Positions 17,653 to 26,346 of a stretch of 43,420 nt of DNA are shown here, in pieces (position 1 is the first letter of the stretch; the number at the start of each line of letters is the position of its first letter). The position numbers and the translations under genes are program-made. The notes beneath the pieces are model-generated. The model saw only the letters and a list, made by a program, of their open reading frames with translations, had not been told where the DNA came from and ran no database searches. The stretch is from Kagunavirus LM02P1, in sequence record OZ035819.1, one strand, 5' to 3'.

Positions 17653-18164
17653 GCCAGGAATCAGTAGAAGCAGCCTATCGCCGTAAACTGGCCTCCAACC
17701 CGGACGGCGAAATTGACTACACGACGCTGGAGATAGTGCATCCGCTTCTTTCGAAGCGGTATTTACTTGTGCGCGGAACTTCTGACCTGACGGCAACGTT
17801 AGAGACCGGAGAAGTAGTTACGTTTGAGGCCACACCAATGGAGGCTAAAGGGGCCGCCAACAATAATGATATGGACCAGCGGGCATCATTCGCACTACCC
17901 GACATCGGCAACCAGTTAGACGATGAGATGGATAGGATACCCCCCGATAATACCGTGTTGCCTAAGTTTATATTCCGCCGTTTTGTTAGTACCGATTTGT
18001 CTTATCCGGCGGATGGGCCTGTTGTGTACGAGTTGCAGTCAATAAACCAGGAAAAGGGGATATTCACCGCTGACGTCGGCGTACCTATGTTGAACCAAAG
18101 GGCCACTGGTGAACTAATGACCCCTTCGATGATCCCATTGTTACGCGGTGTTTTGTCTACATGA
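17634..18164 (+). CDS. minor tail protein
   Basis: 176-aa ORF overlapping upstream gene by 19 nt; position between M-like and K-like genes. Confidence 0.45.
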   Translation: MGPYAMSQESVEAAYRRKLASNPDGEIDYTTLEIVHPLLSKRYLLVRGTSDLTATLETGEVVTFEATPMEAKGAANNNDMDQRASFALPDIGNQLDDEMDRIPPDNTVLPKFIFRRFVSTDLSYPADGPVVYELQSINQEKGIFTADVGVPMLNQRATGELMTPSMIPLLRGVLST

Positions 18165-18526
18165 ACATTAATTCTTATACAGGGTTGCCGTACGATTTTC
18201 GCCGTCGTAATTGCTGGCACCATGTGCGTAACGTCCGTGCGGACGCGGGCCTGGCCACGCCTGAGTTTAACGTCGCATCGCCAACACAGATTAATGATGC
18301 ATTTGAAGAAGGTCATAAAAACGCTAAAGGTCTCGTACGCGTAGAAACCCCGCAAAACTTTGATGCCGTTCTGATGGCAACACGGCACAGAAACCGTGTA
18401 ATCTGGCACGCTGGCATATATTATGATGGTATGGTCAGTCATTGCGAGCTAGCAAGTCGCCAGGTACGGTTAGACCGACTGGAAGACTTGCGCGAAACTT
18501 ATGCGGAGATAGAATTTTGGCGCTGA
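18161..18526 (+). CDS. tail assembly protein K-like (NlpC/P60-type Cys/His fold)
   Basis: 121 aa; candidate catalytic Cys in RRRNCWHHV and downstream His residues (VIWHAGIY, VSHCE); position. Confidence 0.45.
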   Translation: MNINSYTGLPYDFRRRNCWHHVRNVRADAGLATPEFNVASPTQINDAFEEGHKNAKGLVRVETPQNFDAVLMATRHRNRVIWHAGIYYDGMVSHCELASRQVRLDRLEDLRETYAEIEFWR

Positions 18527-21069
18527 TATTACATTACACCCGTAACGAAGACGGTACTTTTGACCGCAAACGGTATAACGTACCCCCGATGGAATACGTC
18601 GTTGCTAACATCCCAGACGGGGTACCTGTGCGTATTTACCGCGGCGAGATTGGTGATGATACAGACGTAACGGAAAACTTCGAAGCGCTGAAAGAAGATG
18701 ACGTTTTCCATATCATCGAGGGCGCTGGCGGCGGCGGTGGTTTTCTGGGTAAACTCCTGGACCCTTTGGGTGTGCTTAAATTTGTTACCAAGTTGATTTC
18801 TCCGTCGCAGAAAACGCCTAAAACGAGTTTAGCGAACCAGCAGGCGGAGTCCCCCAACAACAGCTTGACGGACCGAAACAATAAACCGCGTCCGTATGAA
18901 CGGTCGTATGATATTTGCGGCAGGGTCCAGACTATCCCTAATAACCTCATGACTACGTATAAGGTCTTCAATGACGCAGGTGTGGTAGTTGAATACGGCT
19001 ACTATGACGCCGGTCGCGGGTATCTTGATATTAAAGCCGAAGACATCACCGACGGCGATACTAAAGTACAGGAGATTACAGGAACTTCTGTAGCGGTATA
19101 CGCCCCATTTACGTCCCCTAACAACACAAATACGCCTCAGCTTCTGGTAGGGGATCCTATTAATCAGAATCTATACATAACTATTGCCTCGAACGAGGTA
19201 GATGGGGTCGTTCTTAAAGCGCAGAACGACATCAGGGTTAATCCCAGTGATACCGGGGAGATTTCATTGCAGGGGGCAACTGGTGTCGTCCGCGATAACA
19301 CTGGCGACTCTGCTTTCTCTGAGATTTTATCAGTTGGGGACATAGCTGTTTTTAACCTTATTCTGGTAAAAGACGTGGCTAACGTCAGTGGTAGCTATAC
19401 TGTTACATACGTAGATGACTTTGAGGTAAGAGTAGCCGCCGGAGGGATGTTGTCAGAATGGCAAAAATTGCCATCGGGATTCACTCCTTTAACGCAAGGT
19501 ACCGAAGCATGGATTTCACCATCTAACACCTACGATAAGTCGTTAACGGACTGGACTACTTTAAACCGCCTGGAAATTGAACGCGTAGTAGCCAACATCG
19601 CGGCCGCGAATGGTATGTATAAAGACAACGGTAGTAAATTGCGCACGTCGGTAACTGTCGAGATTCAGTATCAACTCCTTGATGAAACTGGCGTGCCGTA
19701 CGGTGATGTTTACTCAAAACAGGCCGTTATATCAGGTCGTTCTGCGGATTACACAGGTGTTACTATTTACGCCGACTTGCCCGTGCGGTCTAAAGTTAGA
19801 GTGCGCGCCCGCCGTGTTACTAACCTTGACCTCAGTTTCGAGGGGACCGTGGTAGACGAGGTTTCCTACATCAACCTTTATGGGCAGGTACGCGACACTA
19901 CACCGCATTACGGCAACCGTACTACCGTGCACTCCGCACGTAAGCAGACGCCGCGGGCCGCAGAGATTAAGCAGCCGCAACTACGTATGGTTGCCACAGA
20001 GATGGTGTACAAATACCTCGGCAACGGCATATTCGACACGGTTATGACGCCTAATACTCAGGCGATTCAGTCCTTAATCCGTCTTGCCCGCGACCCGGCA
20101 GTAGGTAATCTCAACCTAACAACATCCAATATGGACAAGTTGTTAGCGACTCAGACCGAGATAGAAAACTATTTCGGTAGCGCAGAGGCTGGTCAATTCT
20201 GCTACACTTTTGACGATTATAAAATGACCATGCAGGATATCATCAGCACAATAGCTGATGCTATTTTCTGTACGCCGTATCGTAAAGGGCGGGACATATT
20301 ACTGGATTTCGAGCGCCCTCGTATGGGGCCGGAGATGGTATTCACCCACCGCAGTAAGACAACGGCATCTGAGAAGTGGACTAGGACATTCAACGACGCT
20401 CAGGTATACGATAGTCTTAAGTTCTCCTACATCGACCCAGATACCAACGTAAAAGAGACTATTAGCATTCCAGCCGAAGGTGGTGTTAATACTGAAACGT
20501 ATGACTCCAAAGGTATACGTAACTATCGCCAGGCGTATTGGGCAGCTTATCGACGTTACCAGAAAAACTTGTTGAAGAAAGTCACGGTGTCCTTTACGGC
20601 GACAGAAGAAGGAGTTTTTGTGCTGCCGGGTCGCGCAATAAGCGTCGTTAAAGGTTCGCGCGTAGCGCCTCAAGACGGCTATGTTGTTGCCGTTAATGGT
20701 CTTACCCTGACGTTATCACAGCCTGTCACATTTACTCCGGGTGACGACCACTCTTTAATCCTTAAGAAGCGCGACGGTGGTGTTCAGAGCGTCTCGGTAG
20801 TTCCTGGAAGTCACGAACGGGAAGTAATTATGTTATCCGCGCCGCAGGAGGCGATATACACAGGGAATAGCGCGCTAAAAACTGAGTTTTCATTCGGCAA
20901 CGAAGCAAGGCATAATGCTCAGATGATTCTTGTTTCTACAGTTGACCCAGGAGATGACAGAACAGTTAAGATTACCGGGATTAACTACGAAGCAGATTTC
21001 TATAAATACGACGGCGTCGCACCTTTCGGTAGCGGTTTCTCCGGCGGATTCAGCAACGGTTTTAGTTAA
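18442..21069 (+). CDS. central tail fibre / host specificity protein (lambda J-like) with gpI-like N-terminal region; true start unresolved
   Basis: 875-aa frame; N-terminal ~150 aa resemble lambda gpI (VFHIIEGAGGGGGF); remainder is a large beta-rich tail tip protein. Confidence 0.55.
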   Translation: MRASKSPGTVRPTGRLARNLCGDRILALILHYTRNEDGTFDRKRYNVPPMEYVVANIPDGVPVRIYRGEIGDDTDVTENFEALKEDDVFHIIEGAGGGGGFLGKLLDPLGVLKFVTKLISPSQKTPKTSLANQQAESPNNSLTDRNNKPRPYERSYDICGRVQTIPNNLMTTYKVFNDAGVVVEYGYYDAGRGYLDIKAEDITDGDTKVQEITGTSVAVYAPFTSPNNTNTPQLLVGDPINQNLYITIASNEVDGVVLKAQNDIRVNPSDTGEISLQGATGVVRDNTGDSAFSEILSVGDIAVFNLILVKDVANVSGSYTVTYVDDFEVRVAAGGMLSEWQKLPSGFTPLTQGTEAWISPSNTYDKSLTDWTTLNRLEIERVVANIAAANGMYKDNGSKLRTSVTVEIQYQLLDETGVPYGDVYSKQAVISGRSADYTGVTIYADLPVRSKVRVRARRVTNLDLSFEGTVVDEVSYINLYGQVRDTTPHYGNRTTVHSARKQTPRAAEIKQPQLRMVATEMVYKYLGNGIFDTVMTPNTQAIQSLIRLARDPAVGNLNLTTSNMDKLLATQTEIENYFGSAEAGQFCYTFDDYKMTMQDIISTIADAIFCTPYRKGRDILLDFERPRMGPEMVFTHRSKTTASEKWTRTFNDAQVYDSLKFSYIDPDTNVKETISIPAEGGVNTETYDSKGIRNYRQAYWAAYRRYQKNLLKKVTVSFTATEEGVFVLPGRAISVVKGSRVAPQDGYVVAVNGLTLTLSQPVTFTPGDDHSLILKKRDGGVQSVSVVPGSHEREVIMLSAPQEAIYTGNSALKTEFSFGNEARHNAQMILVSTVDPGDDRTVKITGINYEADFYKYDGVAPFGSGFSGGFSNGFS

Positions 21070-21081
21070 AGAGGACTCTAT

Positions 21082-22551
21082 ATGTCAAGCGGATGCGGTG
21101 ACGTTTTAAGCCTGGCGGATTTACAGACCGCCAAGAAACACCAGATTTTCGAAGCTGAGGTTATCACCGGTAAATCCGGCGGCGTTGCTGGTGGCGCTGA
21201 TATTGATTACGCGACAAATCAGGTTACGGGGCAGACTCAGAAGACCGTGCCTAAGGTTATTTCAGACATCGGCATCGAGCGAATCGGCGACTTCACGAAC
21301 GGAGGTACGGTCACTGCAAGAAATCAGGGCATGTTGGAGGAGGGTGGGTCGGTGTACACCTGGCGCGGTTCCCTGCCGAAGGTAGTACCGGCTGGAAGTA
21401 CTCCACAGTCAACCGGCGGAATATACCCAAACGGGGACTGGATTGACGTAGGCGACGCTACCATACGCTCGGTGCTTAATGGCCCGGACGGGACGGGACT
21501 GAATTATTTCTTCGGTGGTGGGGGATGGGCCGGAGAAAATGCTGCGGGTGTTAATATATACAATAACGACACTATAACCTACGACAATGCCCTCCGTCAG
21601 CGATTTTCAATACCGGATACCGCTAATCCTCTCCCAATAGAGTGGCTCGAGAAGGTTACATCCGCTACCCGCGAGGACGAGGTGAAAAGATGGGAGCAAG
21701 GTTGTTCTTACCATTCCCTCACTAAAGTTAGCGGTTCCGCATACGGGGCCACAGATACCTCAGTAGCCACCCATTCGTCTGGTACAGGGCAACTTATTGC
21801 TAAGCATATGCGCGGTGAGTCCCGTCACAGTAATGCAGAGACGTGGGGGGGATGGTCATATGGCGCGGTTCTTGGTGAAGCAATCGATACAGGTGCCAAA
21901 AGCACTATTGCACATGAGTTTAACCTAAATAACCGCGGCCCCGACATGGGGTGGATGCAGAATGCTGTTGATGGGAGCACAAGGGGGCTTGTATGCGTAA
22001 CCCAAGACAATAGTAACCCGGTAACACAGATGCTTGTGATAGGGAGAGGTTCCGCGGCCCCTAATGGTTATATATGGACCGGTGCACTTTTTCGGGCTAA
22101 CTCTTTTGTTGCCCCAACTGAGCCATTAACAGAGGTCGGGAACGGGGAGGCTATTAGACTCGAGGGGAGTTCAGTGCTTTTGGTGTCCAACGGTATAAGA
22201 TTCCGCGGTGGCGCATTTAGAACCGGTATTTCGTTGACAGAAAGTACGTTTTCCTCAAACTGCGCAATTTTATTAGGTGATAACCAACGAATTACCGTAG
22301 GTACTGGTCCGGCAAACACCACATATCTCGCGTTTAACCGGTCCGAGGGGTGGGTTGATTTTTCTAATTTAAATATACGCTTGAATGGGACAAAAATTTT
22401 AGGGCCACGTGTTACGGGGATAAACCAGTTAACCGGAACCGCCGACGGGGTTTCAAAAAACACCGAGACTGTTACCCTGCAAGAACTGGCCCGTTATGTT
22501 AAAAAGGTTACAGACGCCCTGATTGCTCATGGTATAATGGGTCCTTCTTAA
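21082..22551 (+). CDS. tail fibre/spike (receptor-binding) protein
   Basis: 489 aa, Gly/Thr/Asn-rich, last large gene of late operon; RBS AGAGGA. Confidence 0.55.
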   Translation: MSSGCGDVLSLADLQTAKKHQIFEAEVITGKSGGVAGGADIDYATNQVTGQTQKTVPKVISDIGIERIGDFTNGGTVTARNQGMLEEGGSVYTWRGSLPKVVPAGSTPQSTGGIYPNGDWIDVGDATIRSVLNGPDGTGLNYFFGGGGWAGENAAGVNIYNNDTITYDNALRQRFSIPDTANPLPIEWLEKVTSATREDEVKRWEQGCSYHSLTKVSGSAYGATDTSVATHSSGTGQLIAKHMRGESRHSNAETWGGWSYGAVLGEAIDTGAKSTIAHEFNLNNRGPDMGWMQNAVDGSTRGLVCVTQDNSNPVTQMLVIGRGSAAPNGYIWTGALFRANSFVAPTEPLTEVGNGEAIRLEGSSVLLVSNGIRFRGGAFRTGISLTESTFSSNCAILLGDNQRITVGTGPANTTYLAFNRSEGWVDFSNLNIRLNGTKILGPRVTGINQLTGTADGVSKNTETVTLQELARYVKKVTDALIAHGIMGPS

Positions 22552-22565
22552 CTTGGGAGGTGGCT

Positions 22566-22718
22566 ATGAGCGAAGAAATTATCAAGATAATTATGCAGTT
22601 TATGATGCGCGTAGATCTAAAAGGTCAAGAAGTTCCGGCCTTCAATAAGGTCATGTCGGCGCTGCAACATGAGATTGATTCTAAGAGCGAGCCTAAGAGC
22701 GAGCCTAAGAGCGAGTAG
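22566..22718 (+). CDS. small protein with C-terminal (SEPK)x3 repeat
   Basis: ATG at 22566 with RBS GGGAGG; 50 aa; ends in tandem 12-nt repeat. Confidence 0.35.
   Translation: MSEEIIKIIMQFMMRVDLKGQEVPAFNKVMSALQHEIDSKSEPKSEPKSE
22683..22715 (+). repeat. tandem 12-nt repeat AAGAGCGAGCCT x2.75
   Basis: Direct in-frame repeat at the 3' end of ORF 22566..22718. Confidence 0.8.
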
Positions 22719-22744
22719 CCCTGTGCTTAATTTAACATAAAACT

Positions 22745-22768
22745 AAGGCCCCAAACGGGGCCTTTTCT
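22745..22768. terminator. bidirectional intrinsic terminator between convergent late (+) and replication (-) transcription
   Basis: Hairpin AAGGCCCC-aaac-GGGGCCTT followed by TTCTC. Confidence 0.65.
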
Positions 22769-22906
22769 CTACTCTTCGGATAACTTCTCCAGAATAAACG
22801 CCAGTTGCGCATTGGCGGCGTCTCTCTGTTGCCGTAGTCTTAGGACTTCCTCTTCGAGTTCCTTGATACGTTTCTGTAAAGCTGGGATTGGGGCTACGAT
22901 GTTCAT
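22769..22906 (-). CDS. small coiled-coil protein (45 aa)
   Basis: ATG at 22906 overlaps the stop of 22903..23088; sequence IKELEEEVLRLRQQRDAANAQL; ends at the terminator. Confidence 0.3.
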   Translation of the reverse strand: MNIVAPIPALQKRIKELEEEVLRLRQQRDAANAQLAFILEKLSEE

Positions 22907-23088
22907 TTCTTACCATCACTTTTCTTGAAGCTACGTTTTATATCTGGCAGCGTGTAGCATCTCGACTTCTCATATTTCCCGTCAGAGCTTACCAAAACAA
23001 AGCTGTTGCCGTCGTTTGATATGTACTCGATGGTGAAAGTATTGAACGAATGTACGCTGTATATTTCATCGCCAACATTAAGTTTCAT
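22903..23088 (-). CDS. hypothetical protein (61 aa)
   Basis: ATGA-coupled to the helicase gene upstream. Confidence 0.4.
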   Translation of the reverse strand: MKLNVGDEIYSVHSFNTFTIEYISNDGNSFVLVSSDGKYEKSRCYTLPDIKRSFKKSDGKK

Positions 23089-24509
23089 TTCTTACCTCGT
23101 CTCTTCATGTAATTAAGCAACTCTTCCTGTACTGATTTCTTCTCGTCTGTACGCGCGGAAACAACCTCATCCAGCGTGTCTTTAGCGACGATGTGATAGA
23201 GGAACACCGGGCGCTCGTGACCGGCCTGTTTCTGACGAACGGGCCCTATGCGTTCTACAACCTGTAAATAATGCTCAAGGTTCCAGCCTTGCGAAATAAA
23301 CGCCAGATGATGCCCGCCGTCCTGTAAATTCAAACCATGCCCGGCTGACGCAGGATGAACGCATAATATTTCGATTTCACCTCTGTTCCACGCTTCCATC
23401 TGTTTATTACCCTTAGCACCTTTGGCGAACGCCTGTGCCTGCGGGAATCGTTTCAGGATGCGCTCAAGCTCATGCTTGAACTGGTAGGCCACCAGTAACG
23501 GCGCACCCTGCAATTCCTCAACAATGGACTCCAGTGCGTCCAGTTTCGTGTCGTGCACTTTCTCCCAGTCTTTGGTCGCTTCGCCGTCTGGCCCTGACAC
23601 ATACACGGCACCAGATGCAATCTGTAGGCACTTCGACGTCTTCGCAGCGGCGTTAGCCGCTTCAACTTCCCCGCTCTCCAGTTCTGCGAATAGCTTTTCC
23701 TCCATATCGATGTACGCCTGACGTGCTTTCTTCGGCAGGTCAATTTCCACGGGCACGATAATCGGCGCTTCACATCCAAACCACTCGGCAGCATCAATCG
23801 TTAGACTAATGTCCTTCATCTTCTGGTGAATCTCGGTATCCGCTCCCGGGCGAGCGTGATACTCCCGCGCCATCGCGGATTTACCTTTCTGTACCGAGTT
23901 AAACCAGCGGTCGGTGAATGCCGTGTACGACGACCCCAGGCGCTCGCCCGCGTCGATAAACCAGTTCTGACCCCACAAGTCTTTGAGGCCATTTGGCGAC
24001 GGGGTGCCAGTAAGGTTAATGAAACGCTTAACCTTTCCGAATGCCACCTTACTGAGCGCCTTTGCTCGCTTGCTTCCACCAGAACGGCTACGGAATGATT
24101 TCAGCTTCGTGCTTTCATCTGCGACGATAACGGTAAAAGGCCAGTCGTCTTTGCCGTAGTAGTCAATCAGCCACTCGATAACTTCGTAGTTCGTACACAC
24201 TACGTTAGCATCGGACTCAAGCGCCGCGATGCGGCGCTTTTCTGAACCAGTTGCATCGACGACATTCAGGCAGGGGAATTGCCATTTCTCTTGTTCTGCC
24301 GGCCACGTACCGGACGCAACGCGCAACGGGGCGAGGATTAACACACGGTCCTCTTCAGTAAGCTGCCCGTTACGGAACAGTCGGTTTAATGTCCACAGTA
24401 CGCTGCCGGTCTTCCCGGCGCCCATGCTTGCCCATATGTTGCAGCGATGATGTTGCAACATGAACGAAGTCATGAGTTTCTGGTACTCGCGCCTTTGAAA
24501 CTTAGACAT
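23085..24509 (-). CDS. SNF2/DEAD-like superfamily 2 helicase
   Basis: 474 aa; Walker A ASMGAGKT, DExx-type box VIVADESTKLK, C-terminal helicase domain. Confidence 0.8.
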   Translation of the reverse strand: MSKFQRREYQKLMTSFMLQHHRCNIWASMGAGKTGSVLWTLNRLFRNGQLTEEDRVLILAPLRVASGTWPAEQEKWQFPCLNVVDATGSEKRRIAALESDANVVCTNYEVIEWLIDYYGKDDWPFTVIVADESTKLKSFRSRSGGSKRAKALSKVAFGKVKRFINLTGTPSPNGLKDLWGQNWFIDAGERLGSSYTAFTDRWFNSVQKGKSAMAREYHARPGADTEIHQKMKDISLTIDAAEWFGCEAPIIVPVEIDLPKKARQAYIDMEEKLFAELESGEVEAANAAAKTSKCLQIASGAVYVSGPDGEATKDWEKVHDTKLDALESIVEELQGAPLLVAYQFKHELERILKRFPQAQAFAKGAKGNKQMEAWNRGEIEILCVHPASAGHGLNLQDGGHHLAFISQGWNLEHYLQVVERIGPVRQKQAGHERPVFLYHIVAKDTLDEVVSARTDEKKSVQEELLNYMKRRGKK

Positions 24510-25185
24510 GATTAGCCTCGTAAACTGCTTTTGCGAAACCCCGCGGGGTAAGGCTGCGGATTGTTTTTGTCCTCACCGATTTACCGCCTAATTTATTGTG
24601 TTGGTCAGAATACTCATCATCCACAGCAACGACTGACTTAACCGGCATTACGAAACCATTACCTGTCCAAAGACATGTCTTTTTAGGGTACGCGTCCCTC
24701 GGTTTTATGTACTCTGGGAACATTGGATGTGTGTCGTCTTCGGGTAAATAGCCGCCGTATTCGTACGGGTTGAACGTGTAGTCAGGCTTACGCCATAAAG
24801 ACGAAAGAACGCTAACCGGATTCTCAATCATATAGGGCACGTTGTACCTTTTAGCCAGACGCGCCGCCACTTTGCATGTAATCACGGCCTCTACCTGAAA
24901 AGTTGGATTCTTCTTCCGCTTCGTTTCAAAATGCGCCGCGCCGCTAACGGCTAAATCTGTGCACGGAGGGAACGCGAAAATAATATCCGGTGCAACCTCG
25001 AAGTCGAACTTATTATCAATCCACGCGTTTATATAGTGAATGTTCTCGTGTTCAACTTTTGCACCCAATCGCGCGTAGTCGCCGTGGTCGGCGCCGTCGT
25101 AGTTGAAACAATAGCAAGTATGGCCTGCTTCCGCCCACGGTTGGGCCATAAGGCCCGAACCGTCAAACAATGACCAGACAATCAT
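24502..25185 (-). CDS. compact DNA cytosine-C5 methyltransferase-like protein
   Basis: 227 aa; motif I-like LFDGSGL, motif IV-like DIIFAFPPCTDLAVSG (Pro-Cys dipeptide), motif VI-like MIENPV; no obvious target-recognition domain. Confidence 0.5.
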   Translation of the reverse strand: MIVWSLFDGSGLMAQPWAEAGHTCYCFNYDGADHGDYARLGAKVEHENIHYINAWIDNKFDFEVAPDIIFAFPPCTDLAVSGAAHFETKRKKNPTFQVEAVITCKVAARLAKRYNVPYMIENPVSVLSSLWRKPDYTFNPYEYGGYLPEDDTHPMFPEYIKPRDAYPKKTCLWTGNGFVMPVKSVVAVDDEYSDQHNKLGGKSVRTKTIRSLTPRGFAKAVYEANHV

Positions 25186-25373
25186 TTTGCCACCAGCACC
25201 AGTTCTTTACGCCCGAACGCCGTAACGTTGCCTGTTACATCTTCGATAACCAGTTTACCGTTCGACTCGACGTACACCGTATCAACGGCAGCCGGACGTC
25301 GGGTCTTAACGTTGAAAATCATGTCGCCCGGTACGATGTCACGTGCGGGTTTGCGGTCATATTCGTGTTTCAT
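25182..25373 (-). CDS. hypothetical protein (63 aa)
   Basis: Coupled to the methyltransferase-like gene. Confidence 0.4.
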   Translation of the reverse strand: MKHEYDRKPARDIVPGDMIFNVKTRRPAAVDTVYVESNGKLVIEDVTGNVTAFGRKELVLVAK

Positions 25374-25412
25374 TTCTCAATTCCTTATAGTTAAGGCCCC
25401 GAAGGGCCTGTA

Positions 25413-25667
25413 TTAGTTAGATAATTCGCCTTGAACTTGCTTAATAAGTTCTCTGGCCGTTGTGAAGTCTACGGACAGCCCTTTAGCGACGTCTTCCGCA
25501 AGCACCTTGTGACCAACTGACCCGAAGCCCAGGATACGGTTTACTTCCGAAACCTTCATAGACCATGAGTAATTAACTGACGCCCCTGTGTATTTACCGA
25601 TACGAACAGATGAATCGATTGAACCAATAATCATGGTGTTTACTGACAGTTGAAGTTCGATAGCCAT
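25413..25667 (-). CDS. hypothetical protein (84 aa)
   Basis: ATG at 25667 downstream of promoter 25702-25730. Confidence 0.4.
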   Translation of the reverse strand: MAIELQLSVNTMIIGSIDSSVRIGKYTGASVNYSWSMKVSEVNRILGFGSVGHKVLAEDVAKGLSVDFTTARELIKQVQGELSN

Positions 25668-25668
25668 T

Positions 25669-25983
25669 TTATAATTCCTTATATTGTTGGGGTATGTGCT
25701 TACTATAATAGTCTGCTATTAGGGTGTCAATCTGTTTTATCGAACCAACGACAAAAACATTTGCGCCACGTTTGCGCATCCGCTCATGCTCACGTAGCTG
25801 GTGGGGGTCAGGCTTCGTGTTTTCGTCTTTCTTAACCTCGACGAACCAGACGACGCCGCCGGGGAGAATTGCCAGCAGGTCGGGGGCGCCGGAACGCCCC
25901 TCGTAGGAAAGTTTACGAACGAGGCCACCAAGGGCCTCGAATCGCTCCTTTGCATATTTCTGTATTTTGCCTTCCGGGGTCAT
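25669..25983 (-). CDS. VRR-NUC domain nuclease (PD-(D/E)XK fold)
   Basis: Motif GAPDLLAILPGGVVWFVEVK (D...E-V-K core); ATG at 25983 preferred over upstream TTG at 25998. Confidence 0.65.
   Translation of the reverse strand: MTPEGKIQKYAKERFEALGGLVRKLSYEGRSGAPDLLAILPGGVVWFVEVKKDENTKPDPHQLREHERMRKRGANVFVVGSIKQIDTLIADYYSKHIPQQYKEL
25702..25730 (-). promoter_or_regulatory. sigma70-type promoter TTGACA-N17-TATAGT inside the 3' end of the VRR-NUC gene
   Basis: Near-consensus hexamers read on minus strand; would drive 25413..25667 and downstream genes. Confidence 0.5.
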
Positions 25984-26132
25984 GAGCGCAGAACCCAAGT
26001 AAGGAAAGCCCCGCCCAGAACGGCAACACCGACAAAATTAAAGAACAGGCCATAGCAGAACATCGCGGCTATTCCCGCACCGAGTAGAAGTGCGAGCATG
26101 GTTACTATCGTCCAAAATACAAGCATTGTCAT
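25980..26132 (-). CDS. small membrane protein (50 aa, 2 predicted TM)
   Basis: ATG at 26132 with GGAGG RBS; hydrophobic throughout; stop overlaps VRR-NUC start. Confidence 0.35.
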   Translation of the reverse strand: MTMLVFWTIVTMLALLLGAGIAAMFCYGLFFNFVGVAVLGGAFLTWVLRS

Positions 26133-26214
26133 AATACGCACTCCTCCCGTTTCGTATGCTCAATCCCACAGCGCGGACAGATTCGACAGTCTTCTTCATA
26201 GAACCAGTAAATTT

Positions 26215-26346
26215 TCATTCCAGCACCCACAGATAAATTGCGATGAACATGCCCAGTACGGCGGCCATCATGCTGTATTGACCCTCGTGGCAGTAGACAC
26301 CGGCGGCGAATCCCGCCAGTACCGCGATAATAAGTTTACTTAGCAT
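26215..26346 (-). CDS. small membrane protein (43 aa)
   Basis: ATG at 26346 overlapping the 3' end of the polymerase gene; hydrophobic. Confidence 0.3.
   Translation of the reverse strand: MLSKLIIAVLAGFAAGVYCHEGQYSMMAAVLGMFIAIYLWVLE

Noticed and set aside
21845-21851. G7 homopolymer inside the distal tail fibre gene as a phase-variation site
   Set aside because: Seven G is short for efficient slippage, it occurs once, and it encodes a sensible Gly-Gly in frame; not enough to claim phase variation.
25394-25409. Hairpin AGGCCC-cgaa-GGGCCT between 25182..25373 and 25413..25667 as a terminator
   Set aside because: No T-run on either side; probably a partial attenuator or processing site inside the operon rather than a terminator.
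26098-26343. 81-aa + strand ORF between VRR-NUC and DNA polymerase
   Set aside because: Antisense to two RBS-supported small membrane ORFs on the coding strand of this module; no start context.
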